DNA from: an uncultured Christensenella sp.
GTDB lineage: Bacteria; Bacillota; Clostridia; Christensenellales; Pumilibacteraceae
Assembly (NCBI GenBank): GCA_910585955.1
Contig: CAJUGC010000007.1
Location: 6,320 to 70,319 of the forward strand
Length of the DNA: 64,000 nt
Direction of reading: 5' to 3'
Both the position numbers and the translations under genes were made by a program. Shown here one piece after another: positions 32,501 to 38,533 of the stretch; position 1 is the first letter of the stretch; each line of letters begins with the position of its first letter. The notes below the pieces were generated by a model, which was not told where the DNA came from, searched no databases, and saw only the letters and a program-made list of their open reading frames with translations.

Positions 32501-35500
32501 ACGTCTGTAAGAGACAGCGTATCTTGCGGCTCGTTTCCGCCTACCGCTTCCGTACCGTTTTTGTAAGCCGTAAACTTAATCTGCGCAACATCGCCGATTA
32601 TATAATTTTTCGCATAATCCTCGATATAGTCGATTATATCGAACGCCGAACCGTTATATTCTACTACATCGTCCGTGAAAGTCGGAGCAAGCAACAACGC
32701 AGAAGTTATCGCAAAAGCATGATATGTGACGTTTTCCGCCGTTTCGGGCATAACATAGCCATAAGCAATGTTATAGTCCATGCCGTCGAGAATACCCGTA
32801 AGATTTGCACCGCTCATATCGTCCAAAGTCATGACGTAATTTCCGACTTCGGTCACGCGAGCTACCGCTTCTTCTCCATTTTTGACGGAAACGCTCGCCG
32901 TAAGAGCGTCGCTTCCTTTAAGTTCTTTAAAGAGCGGAGCAGGTTTATGTTCCAGACCGTCGTAAATATAGGAAAATTCAGTCCCCCAATCGACGTTATT
33001 CGCACCGAGTTTTACAGGCGTTATGTCGAACGTAAGTTCGTACGAACGCGCGTTTGTATCCCAAATATAATTTGTGTCGTTAAGAGAAAGCTCCACGACG
33101 TACTTACCTGCATAAGTAGCTCCGAACGTCCAAACTTTATTTGCGTCTTGCGACAATAAAGAAGTCGAAATAAAACTTTTATTCGTGTCGAGCACACCGT
33201 TTATGTACGGATTGCCGCTTACGGAAGCATTTATAAGAGAGTAATCGAAGAACTCGTCGGAAGCGTTTGCGTCGTCGGAAAGCACTACGGTCTGCTTAGA
33301 CGAGCTGTACTCGCTTTCCTTTTCCAAAGTTCTTCCGATAGATTTAAGCGTGTACGGTTTAATAGTCCAAGTAAACGAAAAAGTATCGCCGGAAACAGAC
33401 GGATCGTCCCACTTATGGTTCTTGAAGTATTCCGCGGCTATTTTGACGGTTATCGTATATGTGTCTGCGTTGGTAGCCGTAAGCTTGCCGAGCACGGAAT
33501 CCGCGCTTACAGACGTATTGCCGGGCAAAGCCGCGCTTATGGAAACGGTCATATTCGTGCCGTCGTAGTTAAGAAGTTCCACTGTCTGCGCATTTTTGTC
33601 AAAGGTAAAATCGACCATACCGAGCGTGGGCTTTACCACCCCTTTCTTGTCGACAGTAAACCCTTTCGCCGCTTCGCAGTAATTGTAGCTTGTAAAATCG
33701 TCGCTGTTTTCTCCGTATTCGGAAGTTATATACGCGAGTACGAAGTAGTCGCCTGCGTTTACCGGCGCGTCCGTAGTAAACGTGAGCGAATTGGTTATTA
33801 TGTATTTTGCGACAAAACCTCTGTCGTCGCCGGATAAAGCGTCGGCAGCAGTCTTTGCGGTATCGTACACATCTTTTTCGACAAATATGTGTTTGATTTC
33901 TTTATAATAGGTCGGAGCGCTGTCGACAGGCTCATTCGCATTATCCTCATACGTCCAACCGCTTATCGAAACGCCGAGATCGTTGCCGACATATTTTTCT
34001 ATTTCAAAATAGAGCGTAGCCTTACCCGCGCCCGAATCGCCCGCCTCAAAAATGCCGTCGTCGATTCCGCTAACGGTTTCGGGCGACCATTCGTAAAGAT
34101 CGCTTTTCTCTTCCGACAATTTTAAATAAAGCGTATGCTTGCCCGCAACGATCGGCTGATAATCGGTAAGCACGGTCGCGAAAGTATCGTCGGTATAGAA
34201 GTTCCAATCGGTAGAAGCAAGGACTTCGCCGCTGCTTTCGTTTACTATGTAAATATAGTCGCTCGGGTCGTGCTTGCCTGCGTTATAGATCGGCGCGGAT
34301 TTGTAGTTCGGCGTACCGCTTAAATTATATTTCCAAGAAAAAGCAATTGCCTGACGCTTGATTATGAACTCTACGGGCTCGCTCTGCGCCTCGGCATAAT
34401 TGCCGAAAGCTTCGACTTTTATTATTGCGTAGTATGTGCCCGGGGTCGTAGGAACAGAAGATGTCGGAGCGGAAGCGGGAACGTCGTATAAACCGTTTGT
34501 CGACTTTCCGTAGTAAAGGAACGAATATTCGAACTCGGTTTCCGTCGCGTCGCCCGCGGTCTCGCCTATACCGGACGTCCAGCTTGACGACGTTCCGTCG
34601 TAATCGACAAAAATCCAAGCAAGTTCGGTATCAATGGGTTGATACTTTATGCTGTAGCCGATGTCGCCGTTTGTTTTGAGAAGACTGCCGTAATTGAAAG
34701 TCGCCACGGTATTCTCTGCACCCTCTTCATCGACGCCTTTGGCAATGCCGAGCGTTGCCGAGCCTTTCATAGGGTTGACGGTTACGGAGTAAGACAGAAG
34801 TGTATCGGAAGAAGCTCCGACCGCCGTATCCCATTTATAATCGGGTCCCACGATCTCAAAGCGTACTGTGTAATTTCCCGCATTTTCTGCGACAAGATAT
34901 TGACTGCCGTCAGCTGTTTCGGCAAACGACACTCCGTTTTCGATCTTTACGTTTTGAATATTTCCGCCGTTATATTCGTAGCCGTACTCGCCTACGGTTT
35001 CGGCTCCGCGAAGAACGGTCATCTTCACTTCCCTTCCGAGCAAGAAACCCCAAAGATCCGTATAGCCTACGGGCAGCGATACGGGAATTTCCGCACCGTA
35101 ACCGCCGTAAAGATTTTCGCCGATATCGCTCCCGTTACTTTTAACGTAACTCTGTTCGAACTTCTTCCAATCGAGCGCCGTGACGCCGTTCAAAGTGGGA
35201 GCCATTATAGCGGCAGGCAAAATATCTATGTCCGAAACGTCGAAATCTTTACAGGCGACGACGCTGTTTGTCTGATCTTTTCCGTTGGCTTCGACTACAT
35301 AGAGTATTCTTATCGTACCGACAATACTCGTCATGTATGTCGGAAGTTCGTTGCCGCCCGTATGCGTTTCGTCTTGCAAAAGCTCCTCGTCCGTCTTGCC
35401 CGAAATACTCGGAACAGTCGAACCTTTTTCGTAATAGTAAATCTTATACTTGCCCAAGCCGTTGCGGTAAAAGCCGTTTTCGAGCGGAGCACGGTCGTAG

Positions 35501-36465
35501 TCGAGGTTGATTATAATAGGACTGTCCGCATTTTCGCCTATGGTAAGATAAGCGTCGATGTCAGTGGGAACAAACGGCTCGAGCGCGGTCTGCGCCTGAG
35601 TGGGAACGCTCTCGTAGTTGTTGAGATCGAGTACGATATCCGTTATACCGGCATATCTGACCTTAACAAAGAACGAACCCGACGCGCTGACGCCGCTTCT
35701 TAAATTTATATTTATCTCTTTAAAGTAAAAATAGTTTACTCCGTCAAAGACCACGTCGTCTATACTGAAATCATCGGGCGGAGAAAAATCTTGACGAGTG
35801 GGAATATTGAATTCGTTGTTTCCGAGAGGCGTGGTATTGACAAAACCGTTGCTCATTACGGAATAAGCCTTGAATTCGGGATCTTTACCGAATACCGCCA
35901 TTGTATCCGTGGCGTTCAAGATCTTATCGTATTTAGCCGTAATTCCCGCAGCATTGCTTTCCTGAATATTATTCAAAGAAAGCGTGCAAGAAAGTCCTTT
36001 ATATGTCGCGTTTATTCCCGTATCCGTAAGTTCGAGCTCGACGCCGTCCGTAGCGCAAGAAATCGTTTCGCTGTTGCCGTCCGCATCCGTAAGCGTCAGA
36101 TTTGTGAGAAGTTTGAGCATTTCCGTGCTCGTATTTGCGGCGTTTTTAACAAATGCAAAATACGAAAAATCGTCCGAGGGCACGGCAAACTCGCAACCGT
36201 CGGACAATAAATATGTATTATAATCGGTTTTCGTAACATTAGAAACTCCATCGAGAGCGTTTGCCTTCAGATAGTACGGAGGATATTCTCCCGCTCTGTC
36301 CGTGTTTACCGAAAGAGCTATGCTTGTCGGATTTTCCACAGTCGCGGCTTCGGCATTTGTAAGCCGCGCAAATTGCGACGTCGCCGTAAAACCGATTGCC
36401 GACATAACCAATGCCAAAACTATGCCGACAAATGCCAAAACACTCTTTTTATGCTCAACTCTCAT
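17515..36465 (-). CDS. Giant (6316 aa) YDG/MBG-type repeat cell-surface protein (putative adhesin) with a signal peptide and a C-terminal TM anchor
   Basis: The ORF runs 18,951 nt without interruption. A GGAGG RBS lies 7 nt upstream. The N-terminus KKSVLAFVGIVLALVMSAIGFTATS...AEAA looks like a signal peptide. The C-terminus is VSVLSTMTVAAGALLVVMLVRRKKLGY. The body is many divergent repeats of about 90-100 aa carrying ..(V/I)YDG.., ..(I/V)YG(D/E).., ..VG(S/T)Y.. and NYx(I/V/L)..G.(L/F)x(I/V) patterns, plus recurrent N(Y/F)xW motifs (NYKW, NYEW, NYIW, NYVW, NYMW and others). Confidence 0.9.
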   Translation of the reverse strand: MRVEHKKSVLAFVGIVLALVMSAIGFTATSQFARLTNAEAATVENPTSIALSVNTDRAGEYPPYYLKANALDGVSNVTKTDYNTYLLSDGCEFAVPSDDFSYFAFVKNAANTSTEMLKLLTNLTLTDADGNSETISCATDGVELELTDTGINATYKGLSCTLSLNNIQESNAAGITAKYDKILNATDTMAVFGKDPEFKAYSVMSNGFVNTTPLGNNEFNIPTRQDFSPPDDFSIDDVVFDGVNYFYFKEININLRSGVSASGSFFVKVRYAGITDIVLDLNNYESVPTQAQTALEPFVPTDIDAYLTIGENADSPIIINLDYDRAPLENGFYRNGLGKYKIYYYEKGSTVPSISGKTDEELLQDETHTGGNELPTYMTSIVGTIRILYVVEANGKDQTNSVVACKDFDVSDIDILPAAIMAPTLNGVTALDWKKFEQSYVKSNGSDIGENLYGGYGAEIPVSLPVGYTDLWGFLLGREVKMTVLRGAETVGEYGYEYNGGNIQNVKIENGVSFAETADGSQYLVAENAGNYTVRFEIVGPDYKWDTAVGASSDTLLSYSVTVNPMKGSATLGIAKGVDEEGAENTVATFNYGSLLKTNGDIGYSIKYQPIDTELAWIFVDYDGTSSSWTSGIGETAGDATETEFEYSFLYYGKSTNGLYDVPASAPTSSVPTTPGTYYAIIKVEAFGNYAEAQSEPVEFIIKRQAIAFSWKYNLSGTPNYKSAPIYNAGKHDPSDYIYIVNESSGEVLASTDWNFYTDDTFATVLTDYQPIVAGKHTLYLKLSEEKSDLYEWSPETVSGIDDGIFEAGDSGAGKATLYFEIEKYVGNDLGVSISGWTYEDNANEPVDSAPTYYKEIKHIFVEKDVYDTAKTAADALSGDDRGFVAKYIITNSLTFTTDAPVNAGDYFVLAYITSEYGENSDDFTSYNYCEAAKGFTVDKKGVVKPTLGMVDFTFDKNAQTVELLNYDGTNMTVSISAALPGNTSVSADSVLGKLTATNADTYTITVKIAAEYFKNHKWDDPSVSGDTFSFTWTIKPYTLKSIGRTLEKESEYSSSKQTVVLSDDANASDEFFDYSLINASVSGNPYINGVLDTNKSFISTSLLSQDANKVWTFGATYAGKYVVELSLNDTNYIWDTNARSYELTFDITPVKLGANNVDWGTEFSYIYDGLEHKPAPLFKELKGSDALTASVSVKNGEEAVARVTEVGNYVMTLDDMSGANLTGILDGMDYNIAYGYVMPETAENVTYHAFAITSALLLAPTFTDDVVEYNGSAFDIIDYIEDYAKNYIIGDVAQIKFTAYKNGTEAVGGNEPQDTLSLTDVVWQSIASDKATIGSYTVVVTLRDPENYKWKAKSDDSVGTDNAPVSLTFKITPALVDFVLSQDASEEKPYVVGYDGVEHDFIDIIQNYVGIENHITVSGGKHTDVNRAAFGDAVNSYEVTVGLDDKTKYNYVWADGSSDPSQGYNIADKTYFMRVDPAALEVDWADLEQTYSGSYLSPTASVSNHFEVEDNKSLVLSLEYLEGKDNTGTSGGLANVTDAGYYTAYVVGLTGEGAENYKIDFSSAAAVKPKANFTIIRAAVVKPTIETALGAGNSLGEYDKSEHDVVIKNYDSARMSYAANAHDVRGKDVGSITVPHSADDSNKKITVSVKRAGDYFVTFTLSDGKNYCFEDGSTAPDAENDNTVTLDFKLERKAVNAPTLSRSTTREAGKIFVPVLYSTYGETVADKKYSEAKDAVSSVDFDLGGDWVVSANIVYGNVTSDAVGIYDITLTLSLLTDDESIYDYAFVKEEVDENTMSTLGIEDTLLDFETVLKVQYRITGSVFELEFTIQSADGTAVAEWTYGDDVTGFRFHTDSVIPSDYVPAQREAVYYVYNEDDKSYAAYTGETVSTGSDDITNKADFFAALPKSAGRYRAAVIYRTGDSTGNGVYEYEQRYIVEFAIEKKEVAFDWQSSEVNGVTYDAVENMFAAIYDGNSHMGFAAVTNSQYGDTLGLQIGLAGDAMDNPVDVKLDADKNATYYDIEIKSITGEAAANYVLPTSGLQSKLTIDKRSVTLNAGDASHIFGSKITSDGANLNIDGANLVRITDGDFVASDNISLDSFAVTAKKSDGAYVLYNTSVGNYKTVITPRAELTNYDITYVDGVFDVEQKVIEVQWNSDKFVYDGTDQFANYNGKFVWYEDVDANKVALESVDISGQDTIFKRAGRYDFAVTAVSDANYRLAVSGESEYDSLTRSIEMQKRTVNIAAKDVTTIYGDVVGSYPLGWVYVEGTDKFVEDGGIEIESGNSAPSVLSFGFASTAVGTSSVGSYETYLVYNGGNFTGQITLDDFTVNVEKGAHTIEKYELKETDIVWNESSFVYNANDRTTQTLGLATYADRGDGSTHELLLAAVSESGAEVEFKNAGDYTLAVSSLQSDSTANLKLPDGYDLAWKSADKYTIAKREVEISVEDSESVYGEKIGSEKRVWNYVSTVKFCDDDENAGIDGFTSDINIRVAGGEGVDDERTDVGFCDLELFHGNDKFIATGGKAEFANYSVVFTNGEITVRPRELKIDVKNLEHIYGSDEVFDTPLVSRLAEISASQIVGGGLASFDTIVDVLTATTPANPDGRVRAEAKNGYAVTLSLNTDAKGDNYIVKFKPVSAAGDTLAEVILNSDVLNESAQKTSEVAAYYNIKTASFEDIQVVSYSESGIAYDGAVHAAISSKSVSYYGTTKSEARKTATENVSDNNLGWAYALSTETVAPDASAFASEIPEVLNAGTYYLYYRISADNHETEIGYVTVTVTKKEVVLSVSANIYYGENTPDLQYFNYDFDGLGENESITFASASGGKVSFKAVRAIGGKELPLEGWIDGTLDISTDYIAGDSVGTYRVKVENLGFAAGNYVFNIAPEEQNIVSVEKLPVIITVGDIEDSYWFNGAGSGRDLNVRAENGFTLTTGVKDIAGNSITDVYAGDKSVGTHEYEKLFFIKSGAFVYDANGNRTDMNGVGTYTVTYERRELGGVNGNYDLSFTLGSHKVVPADIELTLKGYNADYDENEHDLIVSTASDGVLASPADKERPSGASILDFKYALIKVSEGDGKIEDYAPSDENGYDLDSVPKLIDAGTYYVYYMISGENHNTVTGSLTAEIAKVYNGWKTDKEYAIAKSYWSYGSYDLSANEETKPEANFKRVPSGGETLPEISLFGGEDFATLVGEYSMSGEHWSWLTDTISGETYNNGQLLGAGVYKVVVSVDGNDNFYDLESEYEITVNKAELSLAPKAATITYGDALDFDSLKFEIGSFKNGEDFSSEIRNEVLRLEAGYGNDESFTHYAAGFENGSVSNTYYIRFVGGVQSILEGMEVLKNYAPVLETATLTVNKKPLSIHINNAENKYNFNISSGEKEDPAAIDTDLTSAENKDAAGYYYDGENRPFGAEIPVHIVTDAFIYDESGNLAVSTKDVGKYPIYAEENKYAANYDISYEGSYSGGTKGTFEIKQAELNINVSVWHSIDGSETEASVAASGREYVGTYSGYAWEFKAECVNADFDDVTFRTVYRSALSGIDYTGVAPKNAGTYYLRFIANNNNNYTFAGSADDYVMKVNPLSVAVDMRLYEDASGTEALTGSVEYKQSPYAVKLSSVPEAVPDPDREDFENFINISYRKDNESVSSPLNAGSYLATATVTELAYGNYVLDETSRNFQFTITKKKINVVTTIGDTSAVYDGNDITFSLAGCSSLTDPNRENGYVMTYEIEYADNLGSAPSKFGDGHFAAGTFGFGAVNAGSYAVKVKLEFTDDYEWIGFAGDTVTLNYTITQKSLYVKASNEKIEYGDRFDGSAGSTHNLLYKGLVQGHIGQQGTQGNEIPSAGIIGVGKEIDISSVTYAAVDSSANAHTTASAAGEIFTIIPNSDEFVSNNYNIVVNHSSFGSGTLTVVGRKITVEIKDASRTYTGSKHDEWIQSELEASLASGGNTGKYIILKSGDLTGNEGNDTVADLGITLKIGGGNETDCSLKGFAISADYTNKNYDIAFTGSWSTGTDGTFTIEKKTLEVFVGVSGDEGKAHSVVYGDALIYNATYSGFVPQGNVGETGNLSALSWLFLSGSISYKTVLTAGSGAAEYTIGESHVGDEYKVTIDDITLQNYKFDINEGTIAILPRTIGASLTAKTVTFAADNAHLPVVQNAPVAFTNTVFGFASEIFAYSYDGVLKDGTAVSSLTDVSRAGDYTVTLNLITNENGEYDYLFAGSVASYTFADRYEIAKQVVRLEWTTQTFEFAEGRADENTIPNYDGVILDRSGIMLGGAVDMEIDGGIRIGEGGKGLVLPVIKSGNYSIVLSLKPDYANDYILVNRDSPQSQTVTLSFNTFVSEINLTISMSGWTYGDTAVEPKLKATEAGGKDFALDENATIAISYALLSEETIASLDSKNLWNMSLTQNDINSLDGTRTYGVSPVNAGAYMVRATGSVDYTYESSDTGTTETKRIPVQAWFAFRIAKDKIDVPLFDEEGADKVYGGSLLSATVSGYREGIMSMTYAEAFELKAGTITLHTSSAGAHELTVSLINDTNYEWNEFTPSEHTKLENGNVIITWTVTAGTNTVSGLTVQTGIYYGETYDSTGVSALFGGVITYMYASRDTDSTDPSMVPEGLDWKVGFPKGVGKYWIGATSQGGEDDYASETAYAACEIVKAVLAVRPKDTALTYGEAFTIEGNYELVGAMYDDLPVLGGLPSATVSNENGNYFVGADVGEYAIRISGLSGVAVSGELANNYSVTFDGSETATLTVNKKSITVIINSQEATYDGTSDHALDESMGEKNGWYVLNNALVTNETTQALDTLGIALSLPDNCMNVGNYPISYKFTSVGKNDNYDITVTPSGRFVINSLTLTVTEATAGGTLVYNRGNAPTGNLSLTLKYVYDGSEQTLTVDSATASTTILNENETFVLRYSGVSNNGATYSNSPSLPLFAGSGYTVGLVSGTNSGNITLIGASAAFAVEKYTLDGALIQNAASLKNVLKVAYTGHEYSIDGDVANRVVTLGSALYPLPSGVDKLFTVTASDKEVSAGTYGFTLTLENAVFHNYKWASVEVASREFTFEIEKAANVVRWTGANPGELSWVYDGTLHEGGLGVTADFGQETKIYLVSSTENGTYEEFDSVRHTRKGTYYVKVRIPETNDYTEATTSEYKVCDISARRINLVFAGDDEYIGGVYGDTSMSARDYDFTDAVTGLADFDDLKAGISVSIVYVGSSFGGVASDGLMPTLAGRYKVRISLSGESAHNFELANATSGYVEGNYIVARQAVYGDRIVVESFDFDGFAHTAEDSVKKNEFYGVKYELDGEAIENINASHYSFVLKLIDSDNFYWFTHTEDQTAETINKFRSFSYHIKTVDVVNAELDKLSFVKNGVKVEVSESDLNSETMLWTYKDVISDVTATVVVTVRTESGREFELTNRTYGTFDSFIELQYYSENYAQWGRLLPEDAGIHKIRVNIERTVNINAPTSTSEYDFGVEKFALETPTLTDTGTGWIYTGNRLTAYMDGSFDNDVMRVSFSDVSTEGGRFTVGAVKAGSHEITVDIRSSHTRNYMWKDGSSSLVIVWKIEKARNGLKHFDDISKIYGEEYASEAIADFGQVQFAYYDKDGKLLAGAPRASGDYFIEAYVDGSDDYYGVAASRVKLHISKKEIVVLPTSGSVVYGNEYTHDDRGFLVEDGSFEYGDGYAVISGAPVYYTAYRAGNAVGSMQTIAISGVGTLEAENYTFKAGENLASLTVTKRPITILIGDQSASYNGEILLDETKWTIHESTPKFGSDIIAITLSIEGGLPTSVGRYRIIGEAVSGGNNSNENYDITFRDGTYVVNALIITVTGIDVPSGLVFGETAGAKATFTVEGVDGALESGAFVGRVEILVVYYDDTTGITYGSMPASAGTYRAMIELAPASDGNNNQNYRLGGTLSKVFTIARRAIDETSIENSAKAAGLLDSVYSGFLRVPSADAIARIEGFAPIDGMYTVSCAGGINVGEYSLLLTFTSDFVRNYKWLHSEGSVASLTYTITKNMDNTVSAKFENADSATFEYDGNSIEKRLESRLVVNALLGGDNVFFEYASVSGDTLGEYSRAVPSAVGDYRVRAVVRDTTDYSGAVSTALRFEITPRRITADFAECGGMYMSAIVPASAIFAYADESFSDDRLLKTAEHSVYYYGTSYDGTFSHTLEDGITVVPVKAGAYKAAIVLQNENFVFVSQGKETNTIETDFIVARKRLELPAQDGGKYEVDDTKYTLTPSGFDETVMTISGNSANKNGDYTAIVSLKDKANYEWANGTSDDFEMSWTLKKDAPVDFIATVSVLSTMTVAAGALLVVMLVRRKKLGY

Positions 36466-36614
36466 AACCTATCCTCCGATTTTACGCGGCAAACTTAAAT
36501 TCGTATATTAACTTCACGGGCACATTTAATATTCAGTTTACAACGAAAACCAAATAAAACGGACATACCCGTTTTGCGCATACATATATTACGCAATGTT
36601 TTTATTGCATTTTT

Positions 36615-36643
36615 ATTATATCACACGACTTTGTCGTTTTCAA
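36615..36643 (-). promoter_or_regulatory. Candidate promoter for the giant surface-protein gene
   Basis: On the minus strand: TTGAAA (36643-36638), a 17-nt spacer, then TATAAT (36620-36615), inside a 370-nt AT-rich intergenic region. It implies a 5' UTR of about 140 nt. Confidence 0.35.
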
Positions 36644-36836
36644 GTGTTTTAAGGAAATTTTTAGATATTTTTTAAATTAAGCACAATACGTCCCGTACCG
36701 TTTAAAACACACACTTTTCCCATGAAAAAAACTCAATTGAGAATTTTACCAAAAAAGTACAATTTACTTTGCTTCGTAAAGACATAATGTCCTAATATAA
36801 TATTTACAAATATTCTGCGACTGTTTTATTCGCTTT

Positions 36837-37331
36837 TTACAAATATCTTATGATTTTCAAGGGTTTATCTGCTTTGCGTGCTTTTTGAATAGTACCGTAT
36901 GTACCGCCGTAAGTCTGACCGCCCCAGACCGCCAAGACAAAATCCGAATTTTCCACCATGTATTCATTTCGTTTTGCCATACAAAAATCGGTATAATGCG
37001 GGCAAAGAGTCACTACTTTATCGGCTTTGCTCATAACGGATTCCCGCCGAGCCTTCCAAAACTTACTCCACGATCGAGCCTGCTCGGGACACGGTACCGC
37101 ACATTCGAGCGTTATCCCTTCCGTTTCACCCATAAGTTCTATGACTGCTTCGGCACAAAAAATATCAGCACCGCGAGCCATACCGGATATAAACTTACAA
37201 TAGCCGTTGCCGGCAAGCTCGGAAACGGCGACAAATATTTGTCTTTTAAGTTCAAGGCAACGAGGATCGTCCTCGTCTTCTCCCCAAGGAAAGCTCTCGG
37301 GACGACTGCCCGTAAAACAACAGGTTTTCAT
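36837..37331 (-). CDS. DUF1273 / YpsA-like SLOG-family protein
   Basis: I place the start at MKTCCFTGSRPE (ATG 37329-37331). The pattern CFTG(S/H)RP...FISGMARGADIFCAE...LECAVPC...W resembles YpsA/DUF1273 proteins. No strong RBS. Confidence 0.6.
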   Translation of the reverse strand: MKTCCFTGSRPESFPWGEDEDDPRCLELKRQIFVAVSELAGNGYCKFISGMARGADIFCAEAVIELMGETEGITLECAVPCPEQARSWSKFWKARRESVMSKADKVVTLCPHYTDFCMAKRNEYMVENSDFVLAVWGGQTYGGTYGTIQKARKADKPLKIIRYL

Positions 37332-37450
37332 TTTTAGAAGATTTAATGCTTTGATACGGCACAAAGAAGAACAATGTCGGCTAAACTTAGCCGAGCAAAA
37401 GCTCTATAGCGCGAAGTGAATGCCAACAAGCTTACAAAGTTTTTACGCCG

Positions 37451-38416
37451 TCAGAGGTAGAATTCGTCTTTGGTCGAACGATCGAAAAGCCTTTCGAGCG
37501 CCTCCTTCGGAGGAGTATGATTACAAATCATTTCGTAAACCTCGCGGGTAATCGGCATATCGACTCCGTACTTATCCGCAAGAACGCACAATGCGCCTGC
37601 CGTAGGCACGCCCTCGGCAAGGCGGTCGAACTTTTCGCCGCGCGCATAGCTTTCGCCCCACATACGATTATGAGAATATTGGGAAAAAAGAGTGGTTTCG
37701 TAATCACCGAGGTGACAAAGTCCGTAAGCCGAAAATTCGCTGCCGCCGAGAGCCTTCGTAAGCCGCGCCACTTCCCTGCTGCCGCGAGCCATAAGCGGAC
37801 CTTTCAGCTCGGACAGTTTCATTCCGTCAAGCATTCCCGCAACTATTCCCATGACGTTTTTAGCCGCCGCTCCGACTTCGGTACCTATTATGTCGCCACC
37901 GCAATAAAAGCGAATGAGATCGCTCTTGAACGCGTCCGCGAGACGGCGTGTAAGTTCGGGAGTATAGGAGTCTATGACCATGCAATTGGGAATACCTTTG
38001 ACAAACGACTGTATGTGCCCGGGTCCCACCCACACGGCGAGACTGTTTTTATCTATGCCCTCTTCGATTGCGACTTCGCTGAGACGTTTGCCGCTCGACT
38101 CTTCTATGCCCTTCATACAGAGCACGAAAGTCTTGCCGCTTATATCGTACTTTTTTATGCGCTTTACAAAACCGCGAAGCCCCTGCGCGCTTATGGAAAT
38201 AATGATCGTCTCTGCGTGCGCAATCGCCTTGCCGAGATCGTCGGTAAGTTCTATTTCGGGAGGAAACGTCACATATTCGTTGGCGCGCGTCGCCTTTAAA
38301 ATATCGTAGCTTTTTTCTCCGACCATGCCCCAGCTTACCGTCTTATTGCCTATTCTATTGTTATACCAAGCGAGAAACGAACCCCACCTGCCGCAACCGA
38401 GCACCGATACTTTCAT
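37451..38416 (-). CDS. gpsA: NAD(P)H-dependent glycerol-3-phosphate dehydrogenase-like protein
   Basis: 321 aa with the MKVSVLGCGRWGSFLA Rossmann start. GAAAKNVMGIVAGMLDG, GLCHLGDYETT and HNRMWG match GpsA blocks (G.A.KNV.AI, GDL..TC, RN...G), although the sequence is divergent. Confidence 0.75.
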   Translation of the reverse strand: MKVSVLGCGRWGSFLAWYNNRIGNKTVSWGMVGEKSYDILKATRANEYVTFPPEIELTDDLGKAIAHAETIIISISAQGLRGFVKRIKKYDISGKTFVLCMKGIEESSGKRLSEVAIEEGIDKNSLAVWVGPGHIQSFVKGIPNCMVIDSYTPELTRRLADAFKSDLIRFYCGGDIIGTEVGAAAKNVMGIVAGMLDGMKLSELKGPLMARGSREVARLTKALGGSEFSAYGLCHLGDYETTLFSQYSHNRMWGESYARGEKFDRLAEGVPTAGALCVLADKYGVDMPITREVYEMICNHTPPKEALERLFDRSTKDEFYL

Positions 38417-38447
38417 TATAATCTTTTCCTCCTGTCAAAAATATCCG

Positions 38448-38533
38448 TGAAAACACAGCCGCGCGTCCGACGTGCTTAGCCGAGCGCATAGCGCGACCGC
38501 CACGAAGCGCAGCGTAGCATGAATGTGTTTTCA
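38448..38533 (-). repeat. Hairpin-forming intergenic repeat, copy A
   Basis: The terminal inverted repeats tgaaaacaca (38448-38457) and tgtgttttca (38524-38533) are a perfect 10-bp match. The left 28 nt share 23/28 identity with copy B, and the right-end core atgaatgtgtYttca shares 14/15 with copy B. The right terminus overlaps the stop codon of the upstream gene. Confidence 0.6.

Noticed and set aside
17515-36465. The giant ORF as an assembly artefact (collapsed or concatenated repeats), or as a tandem DNA repeat or CRISPR-like array.
   Set aside because: The repeats are recognisable only at the protein-motif level and are strongly diverged at the nucleotide level. The frame is intact for 18.9 kb, and unique N- and C-terminal targeting signals are present. 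A definitive check still needs long reads.
17741-36511. Dozens of long plus-strand ORFs antisense to the giant gene, for example 25033-26874 (613 aa), 28162-29592 (476 aa), 22576-23907 (443 aa) and 29752-31029 (425 aa).
   Set aside because: They lie entirely inside the uninterrupted 6316-aa minus-strand ORF and lack RBSs. Their compositions are Arg/Ile/Val/Cys-rich and unlike real proteins. The biased codon usage of the repeat gene simply depletes stop codons on the opposite strand.
38428-38442. TTGACA inside the shared 15-mer (minus strand ATTTTTGACAGGAGG), considered as an outward-facing -35 box carried by the repeat.
   Set aside because: In copy A the spacing to the only TATAAT-like sequence is about 12 nt, and that sequence overlaps the start codon. 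The AGGAGG is better explained as the RBS of the next gene.
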